From Phoronis australis (Eukaryota > Animalia > Phoronida), in NCBI GenBank assembly GCA_002633005.1, contig NMRA01000225.1, positions 49,284 through 113,283 of the forward strand: 64,000 nt of DNA, written 5' to 3'. This document shows, one piece after another, positions 12,531 to 25,660 of the stretch. Positions within the stretch are counted from its first letter, which is position 1, and each line of letters begins with the position of its first letter. Below the pieces are notes generated by a model that was not told the origin of the DNA, ran no database searches, and saw only the letters and a program-made list of their open reading frames with translations. A program made the position numbers and the translations under genes.

Positions 12531-15019
12531 CTGGTCTTGGCTAATATTATCATTTTATGGCCTGGTCATCCATTCAGCCAAAAGTAGTTCCAGAGGTGGC
12601 TTATCAGCCAATTATTCACGCATGCTGACTCACAATAGAAGCCTGATAAGAGTGAAGGTGGATAAATGCGGTGTTCCAAGTTCTTGTTTTAGTGGATGTG
12701 TTCACGACATGAGATTACTTCAAAGATTTTGTTAACCATCAGCCATTGGACTGGGTCCCGCAAAGGGTCAGATTGGCTCAACTTCAGTCCAGAGATTTGA
12801 TGACTCATTTCTAAGATTAGTGTAGAGAAAATTAGCTCCCCTTGCCACTCAAGTTTGTCTGAAGGTAATTTTTCCACATTGTGTCACATACTGCTAAAGA
12901 GATCCATAGGTTGAATTTCTTTTTGAGACAGAACTCTGTGTCTTTAGCTATATAGTTTGTGACTGTTCATTTCTTAATTTTTGTAACCTTTTTAACTACG
13001 CAGCGGTAAGAAACTTTGATTTTGTTTGAAATTTTTTGTAAAGTATGCTCAGATGTTGCAGTGACACCTAGTGGCTAACATTGGATAACTGCTCTGCTCA
13101 CATCCTTGTGTTTGGAACTTCTTGTGTGAGAAAACTGTTCTTGAATGTTTGTTGTTGGATATATTGTGCCAGGATTTTCTGAACCAGTTTTCTCCACTGC
13201 ATAACGAGCATCAAACTGGTTTTCAAAGTGTGGGCACATTATATTCGACTATTGCCTTATTAACTAAGATGACTACTGGTTCATTTGTGAATGCAGAGCA
13301 TATTTTGTGTGAAACTTAAGTTCTGTTAATGCATCAAATCTTTGGCATGTTTGGCATCAAACTGTACGATGTTTCAAAGCTCTTTCCTCCTAAGCACCCT
13401 AATTTTTTTTCACCTCAATTCTGTTCTTGCTAACTCAACTAGTCATAGAAAATACAACCTGAAATGCCCAATGTGTAACAATTAAATAATATGTGTGCAT
13501 TACCGAGATATTTTTAGCTGGCTCTTGCTTGCAGCACATTTGCTGGCGTTCTCACACTTCGGGGCATGTTTTGAGTGTTTTGAGATCGCTTGCTTTCTCT
13601 ATCACCGATCAATTTGGGGCAAAGCTTGGCCACCATACTCAAAAAAGCCATTTGTCCAGCTGATTTTCAAAATGTCCTATCAGATTTTGACACTGCAAGA
13701 CAAACATCCAAGACCTCTGATGCTTTCACTGTTCAGGTGAACGCTCATAATGTCCACTGTAAAAAGCATAAAAGCATGTTGTCTTGCTTGTGATCTTTAT
13801 CAATGGCTCGCTTGATGCTGTTTTCATCAATGTAGTTTTGATCATAGACTTACAGTTTATTGCAGTCTGTCACGGCATGTTATGTCAAAAATGAAAACAA
13901 AATGTAGTTTTTCTGATTTTAACTCGGTCTGTACATTTTGGGCTGGTGTCCATGGTGGCTTAGATCTTTGTAGATGGTTTTAAATCATGGGTGTCCTTCA
14001 CACACAGTAGGCTTTTTGAAATTTTTATGCAGAGTCAGTGAAGCAGCGTAGAGTTCAATAAAGCTCTCTCGCGACAAGAAAAATCTAGCCAAACTCATTG
14101 CTCTCATTTAAAATACACAGCAATATCTCGCAAAGACTTGCCTTTTTTACGAGATCTTCTCATTATTGAACTCCAACCAGTTCTTTGTTAACCCCACTCT
14201 TACCAGACAATTGTGTCAGTTGACCTGTGTAAATAAACAGTCAGCTTTAGTTAACAAAAGGTTTATGTCCTGGCTGAGAAGTTTACTGTTTCATTATCCC
14301 CTGTTGATCAGTGAATAGCCAAGCCTGGAATGATATTGGTGTTTGCTGAATAGTTGACCATTTTTCAATATTAATTTATCCCATATAAACCTGTTTGCCA
14401 AGTATTAATTTTGTACAGTACAAGCCAATTGAAAACAGGCAAAATACTGTAGTTTCAAATTTTGATGATGGCCTGCAGATTCTTTGTGCTTGCTTACTTC
14501 CAGCTGAAAATGATGGGTTATGATCCATGGTGACTCGTCACCGTTGTACTGAATCTCTTTTCATAAACAATCAATGCCAGCACAAGGTCTTATTAATGTA
14601 TAGTAAATAGAAGCACTTTGATCTAATAACCATTGTACACAGTCATGCACAGTGAACTTGGCAAAAATGATGTCTACAATTTGATTATCGTCATTCGTAA
14701 TCATGGTGTATCATGGTACTAAAGAACTAAGATTGTTTAGTGGCGCAATGGTAGCTGTAAGATTCATTATTAAATTCACCTTTTGGTCACTATTTTTTTT
14801 TCGATAACTCTTGGAGGACTTTGTTTAAACCTGGGATATTAGACTGATGCCAGTGTACAACTTGGTTGTTGTAAAATTATAATCACTGAACAAAAGCAGT
14901 ATCTAATTTGAAAAGTACATGAATGTTTAGGATCAATGTTTCAAGAGATAGTCCTCGTGAACATTTCAATGCAGCTGTGCATTCTGCAAGCACGACCAAC
15001 CTAAACAATTGATTTGCGT

Positions 15020-15385
15020 CTACAGATGTATTTCTGAAACCCCTTGCAGGATATTGATTGAATTTGCCAAGTTTATTTCCGTGAATGTGACAATGAAACG
15101 ACGAATTTCATATGGATTTGACTACTACTGTCTCCTCAGTGACATTTTGTTTACATTTTCCTCTGCGTCAGAGTTTCTTGATGGATGTTCATGAAAATGG
15201 ATGACACTGTTCCATTTTTGGAAGAATTTGATTCTTTTGTTCGCCGCCTTGTTGTCATTTGCATTGTTTCTGTCCCATCCTCAGTATTTGTCCAGTTCTT
15301 GATGAAGCTTCACGAAGTTTGGCAAATGTGTCCTTATTGACACCATCGCAGCTGGCATCGGCTATATGGCTTTCGTCTAGTAGGT
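15020..15385 (+). mobile_element. Family A fragment, heavily degraded
   Basis: tgtatttctgaaacccc…aggat…gaatttg…acgacgaatttcatatggatttgactactactgt resembles the family A monomer. Confidence 0.4.
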
Positions 15386-15599
15386 TATTGTGATCAATAA
15401 TCTGATTCATTGTCTACCGAGTCTTGTGTTAGGTCTTTGGGAAGTATGTTCCATCTTTTCAAGGGTTGCATGAGGGAATAGACTCATTTGATTTTGCTCA
15501 TCCCTAGCACACGTGCCCCTCTTTGGCAAGCTGTTTGTCTGCAGCTGATTCTTCAAGAAACCGTTCAGCAGATAGTCATTAAGGCCGTTTTCCCATTGA

Positions 15600-16030
15600 G
15601 CCCAACTCGTTCGATTGCAGAGCCCAACAACGAGTTGGGAGGTCTGACCCCTGTAGATGATTAACACCATTCTGGCTTTGATGGTTGGAGCGCCAGCTCC
15701 CTTTTGTTCAATAATTGCCCTGTTCTCTGATAAGATCATAACCTGACTGGACGGTGCTGTTAAAAATGAAAGTTAAGTTACAACATATTTTAACACAAAC
15801 CAATTTAGTATTTCTGAATTCCTTGTCAAATGCTGATCATGTTTAGTTTTTGAATCACCAAAATTTCCCAACTATAACCAAAGTCATGACGTTCTACTCT
15901 TTCCAAACGTACCAACTCCGTATTAGGTTTGACTGTGTTCACATGTGGTTGGTAATAAGACCGGTAGATAATTGGCATGCATGTTGTCATATCATACGAA
16001 GACTGCTTGGCCATTAACAAAGGAGCTGTT
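15600..16030 (+). repeat. Family C fragment
   Basis: cccaacaac…acccctgtag…ccagctc..ttttgttc.ataattgc…ttttgaatcaccaaaatt shared with 40345-41425. Confidence 0.65.
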
Positions 16031-16602
16031 TAGAACTGCCTCCAATTAAATGACAAATTTGTCTTTTTTCGGCATATCCAACTCCATCTGCCAAAATACT
16101 TATTAGTCATCTATGAAATTGAGTCCTTACCGGTAATATTCATCTATTACAAATAAGAGGCCAATACCAATTTTAGACATGTCGCTAGGTGCGTTGCCCC
16201 GTAGTAGCTGCAGTTATAAATTTTTCGTCTTCTTTCCTTTCTACCTGGCTTATATTGATTGATTGGTGTTCATGGAATTCAATTTCTGGATGAATGCATG
16301 GCTTTTAAGAGACTGTTTTAAGATTACTCCTGGTACTTGGCGTTGGTATCTCTATAGTGGGAATGTTTATAGTTGATCAATTGTTTCAGTTCTGTGCGCA
16401 ATGCTCACTGTGGGCGCATATCAACGATTTGCGTTGCCGTTGTCAGTCTTAGATTTAATGTCATAAGAAAAAACTTAAAGTGAAGTTTCAGGCAGGAGAC
16501 GAGTGCTCAATCACTTAAGCCCCTGTCGCAGCACATTCCATGAACGTGTGCTTGTAGTGCCAGAAACATGGCCCTGGTTTAAATTAAGTTGTTGTGTTAC
16601 AG

Positions 16603-16798
16603 GGGGTGGTAACATGACTTTATATGGGAGTGGTCTAGGCGCCTTATTCTTAACCACTACTGTGAATGTGTGCGAGAAAGAGGTCACGCTAATCCATGCC
16701 AATGATAGCCATGTCGTAGTCATGTTACCACCGTCCAATCAGGTCAGATGTTGTGATGTTGAGGTGTTAGTCAAGAACATTGAAAATAAAGTCTTCAG
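16603..16798 (+). CDS. PKHD1L1: PKHD1L1-like exon 10, IPT/TIG (GGNMTLYGSGLG…NKVFR)
   Basis: tgttacag acceptor, AG|gtgagt donor, phase 1 to 2. Confidence 0.88.
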
Positions 16799-16961
16799 GT
16801 GAGTACTTGGTATCTTGTTGAAGTCACTTGTTCAGTGTCTGTGTATAGACATGATCTCATTAGGCGCTGCCTCACATTTTATAATAGGCATCGATGAAAG
16901 CTTTATCTTACTGGTTCGGATTGGTATTTAGTACAGTGTCTGGACTAAATGACATGGCTCC

Positions 16962-17025
16962 TTGACCTGTCATGTGATTGACCTGTCATGTGATTGACCT
17001 GTCATGTGATTGACCTGTCATGTGG
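16962..17025. repeat. Minisatellite (TTGACCTGTCATGTGA)x4
   Basis: Four direct 16-bp units, the last with one mismatch. Confidence 0.95.
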
Positions 17026-17176
17026 TTAAGTTTGGTGGTCTTTAGTCTCTGTCTGATCAGGTGGTAGACCTGATGTCTGATCAGATGTCATATCAGGTAT
17101 TATATGCATCTAGGACATCAGACCAGATGAAATGTGACTGAGGAACAAGTGGCATTTCACCCTTTTCCTATTGCAG

Positions 17177-17424
17177 GTCTCATTCCGTCAACCAGCTGTG
17201 CTACAAACTGCGTGTGGACCACGTTATGCCCCTGGAGGGTTCCAGTGGCGGAGGCACCATCGTCACCCTGATTGGTGAAGGATTTGGCCATGACACATCC
17301 AAGATTAACATCAAGTTTGGAGAGATTGAGTGTGCCGTACTGTCCACCTCTCACAGCCAGACAACATGTATAACTGGAAGCACATTCAAAGTACATCGGG
17401 TTAACCACTGGGGAAATCATCCAA
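17177..17424 (+). CDS. PKHD1L1: PKHD1L1-like exon 11, IPT/TIG (…PLEGSSGGGTIVTLIGEGF…WGNHP)
   Basis: ttttcctattgcag acceptor, gtatgt donor, phase 2 to 1. Confidence 0.92.
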
Positions 17425-17499
17425 GTATGTTTTTGTTTGGTTTAAATGTATTTCTTGAATTACCTTCTGTGAGTGTGTTCACAGATGTTGGTCACATAT

Positions 17500-18360
17500 C
17501 CTCTCCCCACAGGTACGCCCACCGAGGATATAAGCTGAAAAGTATTCGGGGTGTTCGAGGTTTCCCGTAGCGAGCTGATTGTGAATTAAGTCTCAGAAGA
17601 CCTTTCCGGTGTCTGGTAGCTGACTTGCCAAAGGGAACCGCTAGTCGTAGAAGGCAAAGGCCCTCGCTATATTCGCCAAGCTATTAATTCTGTTGTGCAG
17701 AGTACAATATTGCAGTGACCAAGCGCAGCTTGACGTCTGGTGCATAAGGCTTCAGTTTCAGTGGCATTGGTAGTGACAACTGGGCTGACGAGTTTGTCAG
17801 CTTGCTCATTCACATCGACGTGGCATGGCCAGGGACAAAGGTGCAAAAACACACTGGAGTGGGCATCAGTGCTCCCAGAAAATGAACCAGTTGGATGAGA
17901 GCAGACCAGAGCGGATCTTAAGTCAGCACAGCCATTGAGTCAGTGGCGAAGATGATGGTCATGCATGCCATCAAGGCACAGCTCAGAGAGGCACAGGAGG
18001 GCTTGTTGGACTGGTTCGAACTCGACGTGTGCTACTCGTGTTGTGGCAATCACATCCTTCTGCAAGTATTAGATCTTTATGGTGGATCAGGTATCCCAGT
18101 CATCTCGGTCGGTATTCTGACAGAAGGAACCATGAGTGTCCACTATCAAGGCATCATCCCACCTAGCTCCCAGAACATTTGACGACACATCACTTCAGTG
18201 GTGCCCTCAGGCCAATTTCTACACTCTCTTCTGAAGACTGCAACAACTGCCAGCTCTTCTCCCTGGTCTTCCAATTGAAGCCACGCTGGTGAGACGGCAA
18301 TTCGGTGCTGACCGGCTGTGGTGACAGCAGCATGCAGCTACTGAGTCAGATACCCATGAG
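17500..18360 (-). mobile_element. Degenerate RNase H-bearing LINE fragment (I/Ingi/Nimb group)
   Basis: Minus-strand frameshifted motifs in RNase H order: LIVDTHGS (≈IYTDGS), IIFATDSMAVL, FVPGHA and NEQADKL. Confidence 0.6.
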
Positions 18361-18715
18361 CACCCATGGCGTAAATGCAACATGCGATTGCCCATAGTAG
18401 AATACAGAATTAAGCCAATAAACGTTTAGATTATAATTTATGATGAAGTCTAGTAAAGATCTTGACTTGTGTTATCGTGCCAAACTCCATAGGAACTGGA
18501 ATTTGGAGTTCATGTGATAGATATCTTGCTGTTAAGGATTATATGCTCTGAATTGTAATTTTGGTTCTTTTATGTTGAAGCGTCAAAAAAAAATAATTCT
18601 CATTGTTTGGTTTCTTATGCTATGGTAAAAGTAATTTCAATTACTTGGCATCATTCATCTCTATCGAACCTCTGAAACTGCTGCTGAAGAAAGTTTGAAC
18701 TGATAATAGATAGTA

Positions 18716-18970
18716 AAATGTGAATCAATCTTGAACAAAGAGTGTCATTGAGTACAAAAAACAGAGAGGTGTCATTATTAGAGTCCATAGAGTGTGAATC
18801 AGTCCTAAACAGAGGTGTATCATAGAATACATAAATTGTGAATCAGTCCTGAACAGAGCAGTGTCATAGAGTTAATGTGAATCAGTCCTGAACAGAGAAG
18901 TGTCGCAGAGTACATAAAATGTGAATCAGTCCTGAGCAAAGAAGTGTCATAAAGTACATAAAATGTGTCA
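18716..18970. repeat. Minisatellite, ~41-bp unit (tgtgaatcagtcctgaacagag.agtgtcatagagtacataaaa), about 6 copies
   Basis: Visible direct tandem repeats. Confidence 0.85.
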
Positions 18971-19276
18971 TCCTGCATTCTGTTCAAGAAGTTGGCTTTT
19001 CATTTAGAACACTTATCACTTCAAAAATGATCTCAATTTTTTCCCTATTCAGGTGACTGTAAAGAACTGGCAGTTTGTATTGGTTGAAACTTGCTGGGCA
19101 CATACAATAGAACACCGCGATAAGCCAAATTGTTCAGCCTGCTCTACAGCCATAACTGTCAGTTCTTGGCCCTGAAACCACTTCCAACCAGCCTGGGGAA
19201 TATTTCGAGATCAGTGTGATTAGAGTTAGTGTTCACGGGTGTTAAAAAGTTATTAATCTGCACTGTGTTCTTCCAG

Positions 19277-19456
19277 CTTTTGGCCAGGGCTATGAGTGGG
19301 ATCCCCGTATTATTGAGGTGCAGAAAGGAGACTTTGTGGAATGGAGCTGGGTAGCACCTATTGCTGTGAAGGTCAAGTATTCTGTACAACAAACTGCGAC
19401 CGCCGATACCGAAGAGTATGATGGATCAGGGTTCAAGAGCGAGAGGAGTTCCAATG
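19277..19456 (+). CDS. PKHD1L1: PKHD1L1-like exon 12, N-terminal half of the plastocyanin-like (cupredoxin) domain
   Basis: ttcttccag acceptor, G|gtaacg donor; FGQGYEWDPRIIEVQKGDFVEWSW…YDGSGFKS. Confidence 0.92.
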
Positions 19457-19955
19457 GTAACGGCTTGTATTTTGGATGTCCATAGCATTCAGTTTCCTTT
19501 AGTGTTATTGAACTGGTTCTTAAAATGTGTGACATGATTTGAAGACAATTTGAAGTCACAAAGTAATTAAAGTATTGTTGTTGAAAATGTGTTTTGGTAA
19601 GAATGAGGAATGAGGTGCAAGACGGGGTGATATTTTGTAAGAGAGATCGTTTTCGATCATTGTTTTCCAGAACAATAAGTAAACAAGATTGTAATATTCG
19701 TAATATTATGTGCCATGGGAGAAATGCCTTTGATGTCATGGAGCTTAGGTTTTGAAAGCTAATACAGCCAGTTAAAAAATATTTTGGAAATTCTATGTGA
19801 TATCTCACAAAGATATGCCTGATATCGTGAAAATTGCAAAATAAGCTCCGCCATACAGAACACAGCCTGATTGAAAACTTGGTAACTGGAGTATGCTTAT
19901 ACAGCAGTGATTTTGTGATTATTAACCTTCGACATGGCCTGAATATCTTACCCAG

Positions 19956-20129
19956 GCTCGTTCCGACATCAGTTTGTCCGAACTGGTACGTTCTACTACT
20001 GCAGTCATAACTTGTTCAGTCACAGTAAACTAGTGATGCGTGGCGTTGTCAAGGTGATTGAGAGAACAGACAGGTCTCTCCCGCTCAACCTGACCTTGGA
20101 TGGAATGGAGTCAACATACAACATCAAAG
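19956..20129 (+). CDS. PKHD1L1: PKHD1L1-like exon 13, C-terminal half of the cupredoxin-like domain
   Basis: ttacccag acceptor, G|gtttga donor; SFRHQFVRTGTFYYCSHNLFSHSKLVMRGVVKV. Confidence 0.92.
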
Positions 20130-20866
20130 GTTTGATTTGACGGGTTTTTGCTGTCATGCAATTTCTTGCGCTACATTGGGTCAAAAGTTAAGTTGGACCT
20201 TATCGACTAGTTTATATTTAGCCAAATATTTACAAAAATATGGGTTTTAACTTGTGATTTCCTGAAAGTAGTAGAAAGCCTATAGAATTTGTTTTTTTCT
20301 ACTTTTTACTTATCTGCCATTTATTGGACTAGTTGATCATGTCTATTGTAATTTAACAAGGCATTTTGAAAGCAAACCAACGGGATCAGTGACATGACTC
20401 CATTTTTCAGATTCTGTTTCTATATTCTATTTTAGATACATAAGCATGACTGGTACTTTCTTATAATTGCCCGGGAGCTCAGCTAATAAAAATCAGGGAT
20501 TATACTGTCGTGTGTGTGTCTACTGTATTAAAATATTACTTAAAAAGTTATATACGAAATTTGATTCTTTGTATCATTTAAAGTAACCCTGCATTACCCG
20601 CCTTGAATTTGAGTGAGTTTGTAAATTAGTAGTCAGCATTTGAGGACGAGCATTACAGTGTGTCTAGTATTTAGATTAAGCCAGTGAACACTGTCATGTT
20701 TTAACTACTCTTGGGCATGGCTGCTGCTGAATTCATTTGTCCACTGAAGGTGAAGACTTTGCTAGTGGTAGTGCAATGCATTCTTTTCCATCCAAATTTA
20801 GTTTTCTGCTGATAAACTGAGTCAAGCATTTTATGCTCTGATCTTTCTTCTCCACCATTCTGCTAG

Positions 20867-21025
20867 GTGGCAGCTCTGGTGTTGATGCCAGTTCGTGTCC
20901 GGGCGGTGACTACATGTTGTCAGGATGTTCGTCGCCCAAACCCACTGGTACTGATGCAACCAAGTTCAACTTTGCCTACTGGGCATGCAAAACTCCGTAT
21001 GTAACCAGTGTCTCCCCTGCAAATG
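20867..21025 (+). CDS. PKHD1L1: PKHD1L1-like exon 14 (Cys-containing linker …FAYWACKTPYVTSVSPAN)
   Basis: cattctgctag acceptor, G|gtgagt donor, phase 1 to 1. Confidence 0.9.
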
Positions 21026-21801
21026 GTGAGTTTAAAATTAAAGGTTTTCTGATCGACTTAAAAGAGTCAGTCAGGTGTTTTTAGGTCTTACCAAAAGTTT
21101 TATCAAACTTACCAATAAATTAATGCTTTTCAGCTAATTTTCTAATGTTAAGCTGTAACTGATTTCTTTCTTATTCTCTTGACCAAGCTGATTTTTTCCT
21201 CCTTCCCTTTACAATTTTTGACATATCTAAGATTAAGCTTAAGATTAAATGTTGAAAAAAATATGCAACAAACTAACTGTTCACTATTTCCAGTCTTGAA
21301 ATGTGCTACTATTGGCAATGTGGCACACCAAAATATAGCGTTATTGCATTTGAGCGAACAACTTTAATACACCCAAGTCTTATTTATTTATATTACCATT
21401 TTTGTAAAAGTTGTGGCAGTTGTTTAATAATTTGTTATTAAAGCAGTTGGTCTGTGCAGTTCTGAGTAATCATACTCATCTGTACTTGCGTGTTGTTACA
21501 CTTTCATCTTGTTTTTCTTGATTGGAAATTGTGTTAAGAGTCTACGAAAAAGATTTATCCATCACGAAAACTCATAAGGAAGGAAATTCTTTTGACATAG
21601 AAGTTATAGTGTTAACTTTTTGACGTCCATAGTTTCTCCATAGCATCTTAAATCTGAAATTTCATTGATGCATTAGACCTAGGTATTGTGGCCACTCTTT
21701 GTATTTCATTTATTTAAAATAATTTAAGCTCCGCAATAAGGACATTTACCTCGAGTCCTTCTCGAGGCCCAATGCTATCACTTGTGTTGCCATGGTTACA
21801 G

Positions 21802-21968
21802 TCACTAACTTCGATGCTGTCTTCATCTCTGGCGATGGATTTGCCACCACCGACTGTCAGAATGAGATCAAATTTGGCTCAACCCCATGCACGGTGACCT
21901 CTAGTGGAGCCTCAAAAATCACATGCAAGGTGGACACCAGTGTAGATACCCAGCCATTCAGCGACGGG
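21802..21968 (+). CDS. PKHD1L1: PKHD1L1-like exon 15, IPT/TIG (…FISGDGFATTDCQNEIKFG…)
   Basis: ggttacag acceptor, gtaagt donor, phase 1 to 0. Confidence 0.9.
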
Positions 21969-23316
21969 GTAAGTTTTCTCAGTCGAATCAACCTGGGCAA
22001 TTAATGGTGAAAGACCTGTAGATTAGTCGTCACGAAATTGTAGATTTTTGACAATTTTGTTTACAGTCCAGGCTTAAGTATACCTCAAGGATATCATCAC
22101 ATATTTGTAAACGGCAAATCTTAAACGATTTCAGTCTGCTGTTCAACACTCTCAGTAGGGTCAGTGGACAACACGGGAATCTACAATGGAGTGCAAGCTG
22201 AATTGGTCAGATTTATGGTCAATGCTTGATAAACGCATGAGTTATGTCATTCGTTCAACCGATGACCAACTATCCACTCAAGCTAATTTAAAAAGTGGGG
22301 TCTTGTTGACACTGACCTCTGTGTGTTGTGTTAGCTGCGACCTTGTCTCGTTTGTTTTATCAAGATGCTCTGTGTCATTGTCAAGCGGCAGATTCCCTTT
22401 ACATGGCGCCACAGCGGAGTTGTAAAAAAGATTGCGGAGGCTTTGGAATTGGCAAGCAGTAAAACATCCAAGTGAAAACCAAGTCGAACGCATCAATTTT
22501 GTCAGACATGATGAGGATTCCGGAGTTGCTTGTACACGTAATTAGTACAGCCTTGTGTTTGGAGGAGTAACAGACTGGAAGTTAGCCGCATATTTTTAAA
22601 TATGCTGAAGGCTCCTACCCTAAGTCATCACTGAAACTGTGCAATGCCTAGATATTGTTATCTGGTCAGAATCGACCAAAAAGTGATTCACGTAGGCCAA
22701 GTATGAGGATTAATGTCAAACCTTGCGAAACTTAAGGGAACACTGTCAATTTATTGGAGCTAGAGGCTTTTCTATCTGGCTCTTCTTTATCGACTGTCAT
22801 CAGTAAGACAAGTTTACCACCCTGTGAAAAGAACCGATTTGTCAGCCAGGTAGCATCAATGTGGATTTGGTGCAGGAGAAATGAAAGACCTGGCAAAGTG
22901 CCTTCTAGTGGCCAGAGCCAGTGGCAGACATCCATCCAGCACTAGTTGGCCTTCTTTGATGCTGGTGTAAAGAAGTTAATGGTCCAAAACACTAGTGAGG
23001 GTCTTCCTCTGACGACTGTCTCTGGCTTTGCAATCTTTTTGATTATTTGTCCTACTGCCTTCTCAATCGGCAGTTTTTCCCTGAGAAAGGAATTCAAGTT
23101 CTTGTCTTGTAGTAAATTGTGACCATTTCCATCATTTCTAGGCCCTCTATCTGTGAGTTAGCGACAATGGTTTTTAGTCCCTCTTTATGATCCTTACCAT
23201 TTTTTCCAAATACTTTTCCTGAAAGTGGAATTATTTTAAGTGATTGTAAGAATATGCTTATATCGAGTTAAACTAACTTGTAGTTTTGTAGACACTTTCT
23301 TAACCTTATGTGTTTA

Positions 23317-25660
23317 CCGTATTCACCACCGTAATAACTGCTCATGGCCCTATAACCGCCCCTCCACGCGTTTTTAGACTTTGGAAAATAAGCGCCCAGT
23401 CCATGAACGTGTACGTGCGAGAAACGTCTTACCTACAGTCCTAAAATTCTACAGTAACGTCATCAATTTATCAATAATATCCGACAGTCCTGAAAAAATC
23501 ATTGTGCGCACAATTTGTAGACCACGAGCCTCGCCGCTATGTCGGTATTTAGCCATGACTATACACTTCAAACTTGGGCCATGCTTCAAAACGAACACAA
23601 AAGTTTTGCTGATCTTGCGAGGACCAATGGTCTGGCCTTTCAGAACAGAAGTAGTGTACTTGTCTACGGGATTGCTTTGTAGATATTTCCCGCTTTCAAC
23701 TGGAATCCAAATTTCTTTGTACACGTGAAAACCGCGAACCCAAGACTAATAAAAAGCTTAGCCAGTGTTAAAAGCATGTGGCCAGGAAGCACGCGTTACA
23801 TACATGAACCTGTCATCAAAGACATTAGTCAGGAACTATCCATTCATGAAACGGATAGCATAGCATTGGCAAGAAATGAACAATGGCACTAATTTCCGAC
23901 AGTTTCTTATAACTATAAAAATGTTTGTGTTATTTTTAAGATGAATTGTTTGATTAACCATAATTGGTTATCGGAATAAATATTGATTAAGTAATTAGTA
24001 AGAATAGATCCATTTTAAGTAGCCCAAAATTTGTGCATATGTACTTTTAAATCATGGGGTCAGACTTGTTAACAATGTCATGTAATTTAACGTCAAAATC
24101 TATTTTTAAATGGTGTTTACAACTTTGGCTTCTGGGGTCAAAGTACTCTAGAGATACTAGAAAATTCTGAGAACAAACTGTATCCGCCAATGATATGATT
24201 GGATATGATCACATGGTTTTTATTAACCAATCACTAAATAAGTAGAATATCCATGGGCTTAAGTCAACAAGATAATTATTCAGATGCGCTATAGTAATTG
24301 AAGCATAAAGACTTGCAGAGGAAATTGTACAGCAGAGCCGACTCGTGGAAGATTCCAGAAAGGATCTTGGCAAGGGCAGGGGTTAAAAAACAGGAAGTTA
24401 ACTAATTAGAGCTTGTCACTTGCATCGTGGGTAGTAAGATATTACCTGAAATGTTGCGTCACCAGCCAGAGACTGTAACCAGCAAGAAGAATCGCGGGTA
24501 GAAGAAATTGCCGGCAAGTTTTGCATCACCTGAGGCAGTGACCAGCAAGTACACTGTCGCTATGCAGTATGTGTAGTTCGAAGATTCACCAACAGGACAG
24601 TCATCCAACAAGTGGAGAGTCCTTTCTTGGATAGCAGATAAGACATAATTGATTATTTTGATTGATTGATTAAAGTAATCATTAAAGAGAGTGCTAGCGT
24701 AGTTACTCTTCTTTGTAGTTGATTACTTAATTAACAACAGGTTTCACTTATCTAATAAGAGGTTATCATATAATAAATTAATTACTGGATTTAATTATTC
24801 ACTCTCCATCTATGCACAATCTCAAAGCATACGTACCTTTTAAACAAACCCACTGTCAATCTCTGACATTGGTGTTTTTAAGCGAAATATCCGATAAAAT
24901 GACCACTGACATTGGATGCTTAGACACCCTTACATGGAAAAATAACTGTCACGTATGCATCCAGCCACACGGTGACTAATATGGGCCTTACCGAGACAAA
25001 TGCTGAATGAAACATGCTCTGGTTTAGGCCTACTGCTTGTGCAACTACAATGCACATCTAGTAGCTCCTTAGATTGCGTGGCTCTGGCCGTACGGTCTGT
25101 GCTCTAGCTGGGAAATGAACTCTGGTGACACGCACGCGCTCGCTTACTCAACACAGACGAACTTCAGAACAAACGTCAGGTGACAACAACGTGTGTGTTT
25201 GTCCAGACATTTTTCTCATGTTTGCCGATCATACATGTAGATGGCAGGATGTAGCACAGATTTGTACTTAAACCTGCCTTTAAAGCAGACTCCATGGGAA
25301 CTTAAAAATCTTAGTGGCGCTACTTGGAAAACTTAAGGAGGATTTCAGGTTATTTGCTTGAGTTGAAACTAATTTTATTCAAGCATTCAAGTCGCCATAT
25401 CGACGATTGCGAGGCAGTCAGCACAATTTCCTGTAAAATGATGGTAATTTAGCAGCAAAGTTTGATAGCAATGCAACACGGTTTTGTAGTAAGTCTTTCA
25501 TAGATTACATATACGTCACAGAGCGTAAATGTGATGAATCTCAATACCTTCCGATTTCACCCATTTCTGAGACCAGGTTTCAACGGCCTTGGGTTATAAT
25601 AAACGCCCCCCTGAAACGAACTTACCTAAGCGCCCTGGGCGGTTATTACGGCGAATACGA
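23317..25660. mobile_element. Non-autonomous Tc2/pogo-like DNA transposon
   Basis: Left TA|CCGTATTC(acc)ACCGTAATAACTGCTCATGGC; right GCCCTGGGCGGTTATTACGGCGAATACGA. Imperfect ~30-bp TIRs with a CCGTA terminus; the 3' part is homologous to family B. Confidence 0.6.

Noticed and set aside
22732-23145. Minus-strand near-open frame, possibly an old transposase
   Set aside because: Contains a stop, and I could not recognise any diagnostic motif.
24080-24790. Possible solo LTR inside the Tc2-like element
   Set aside because: No clear terminal CA or TSD.
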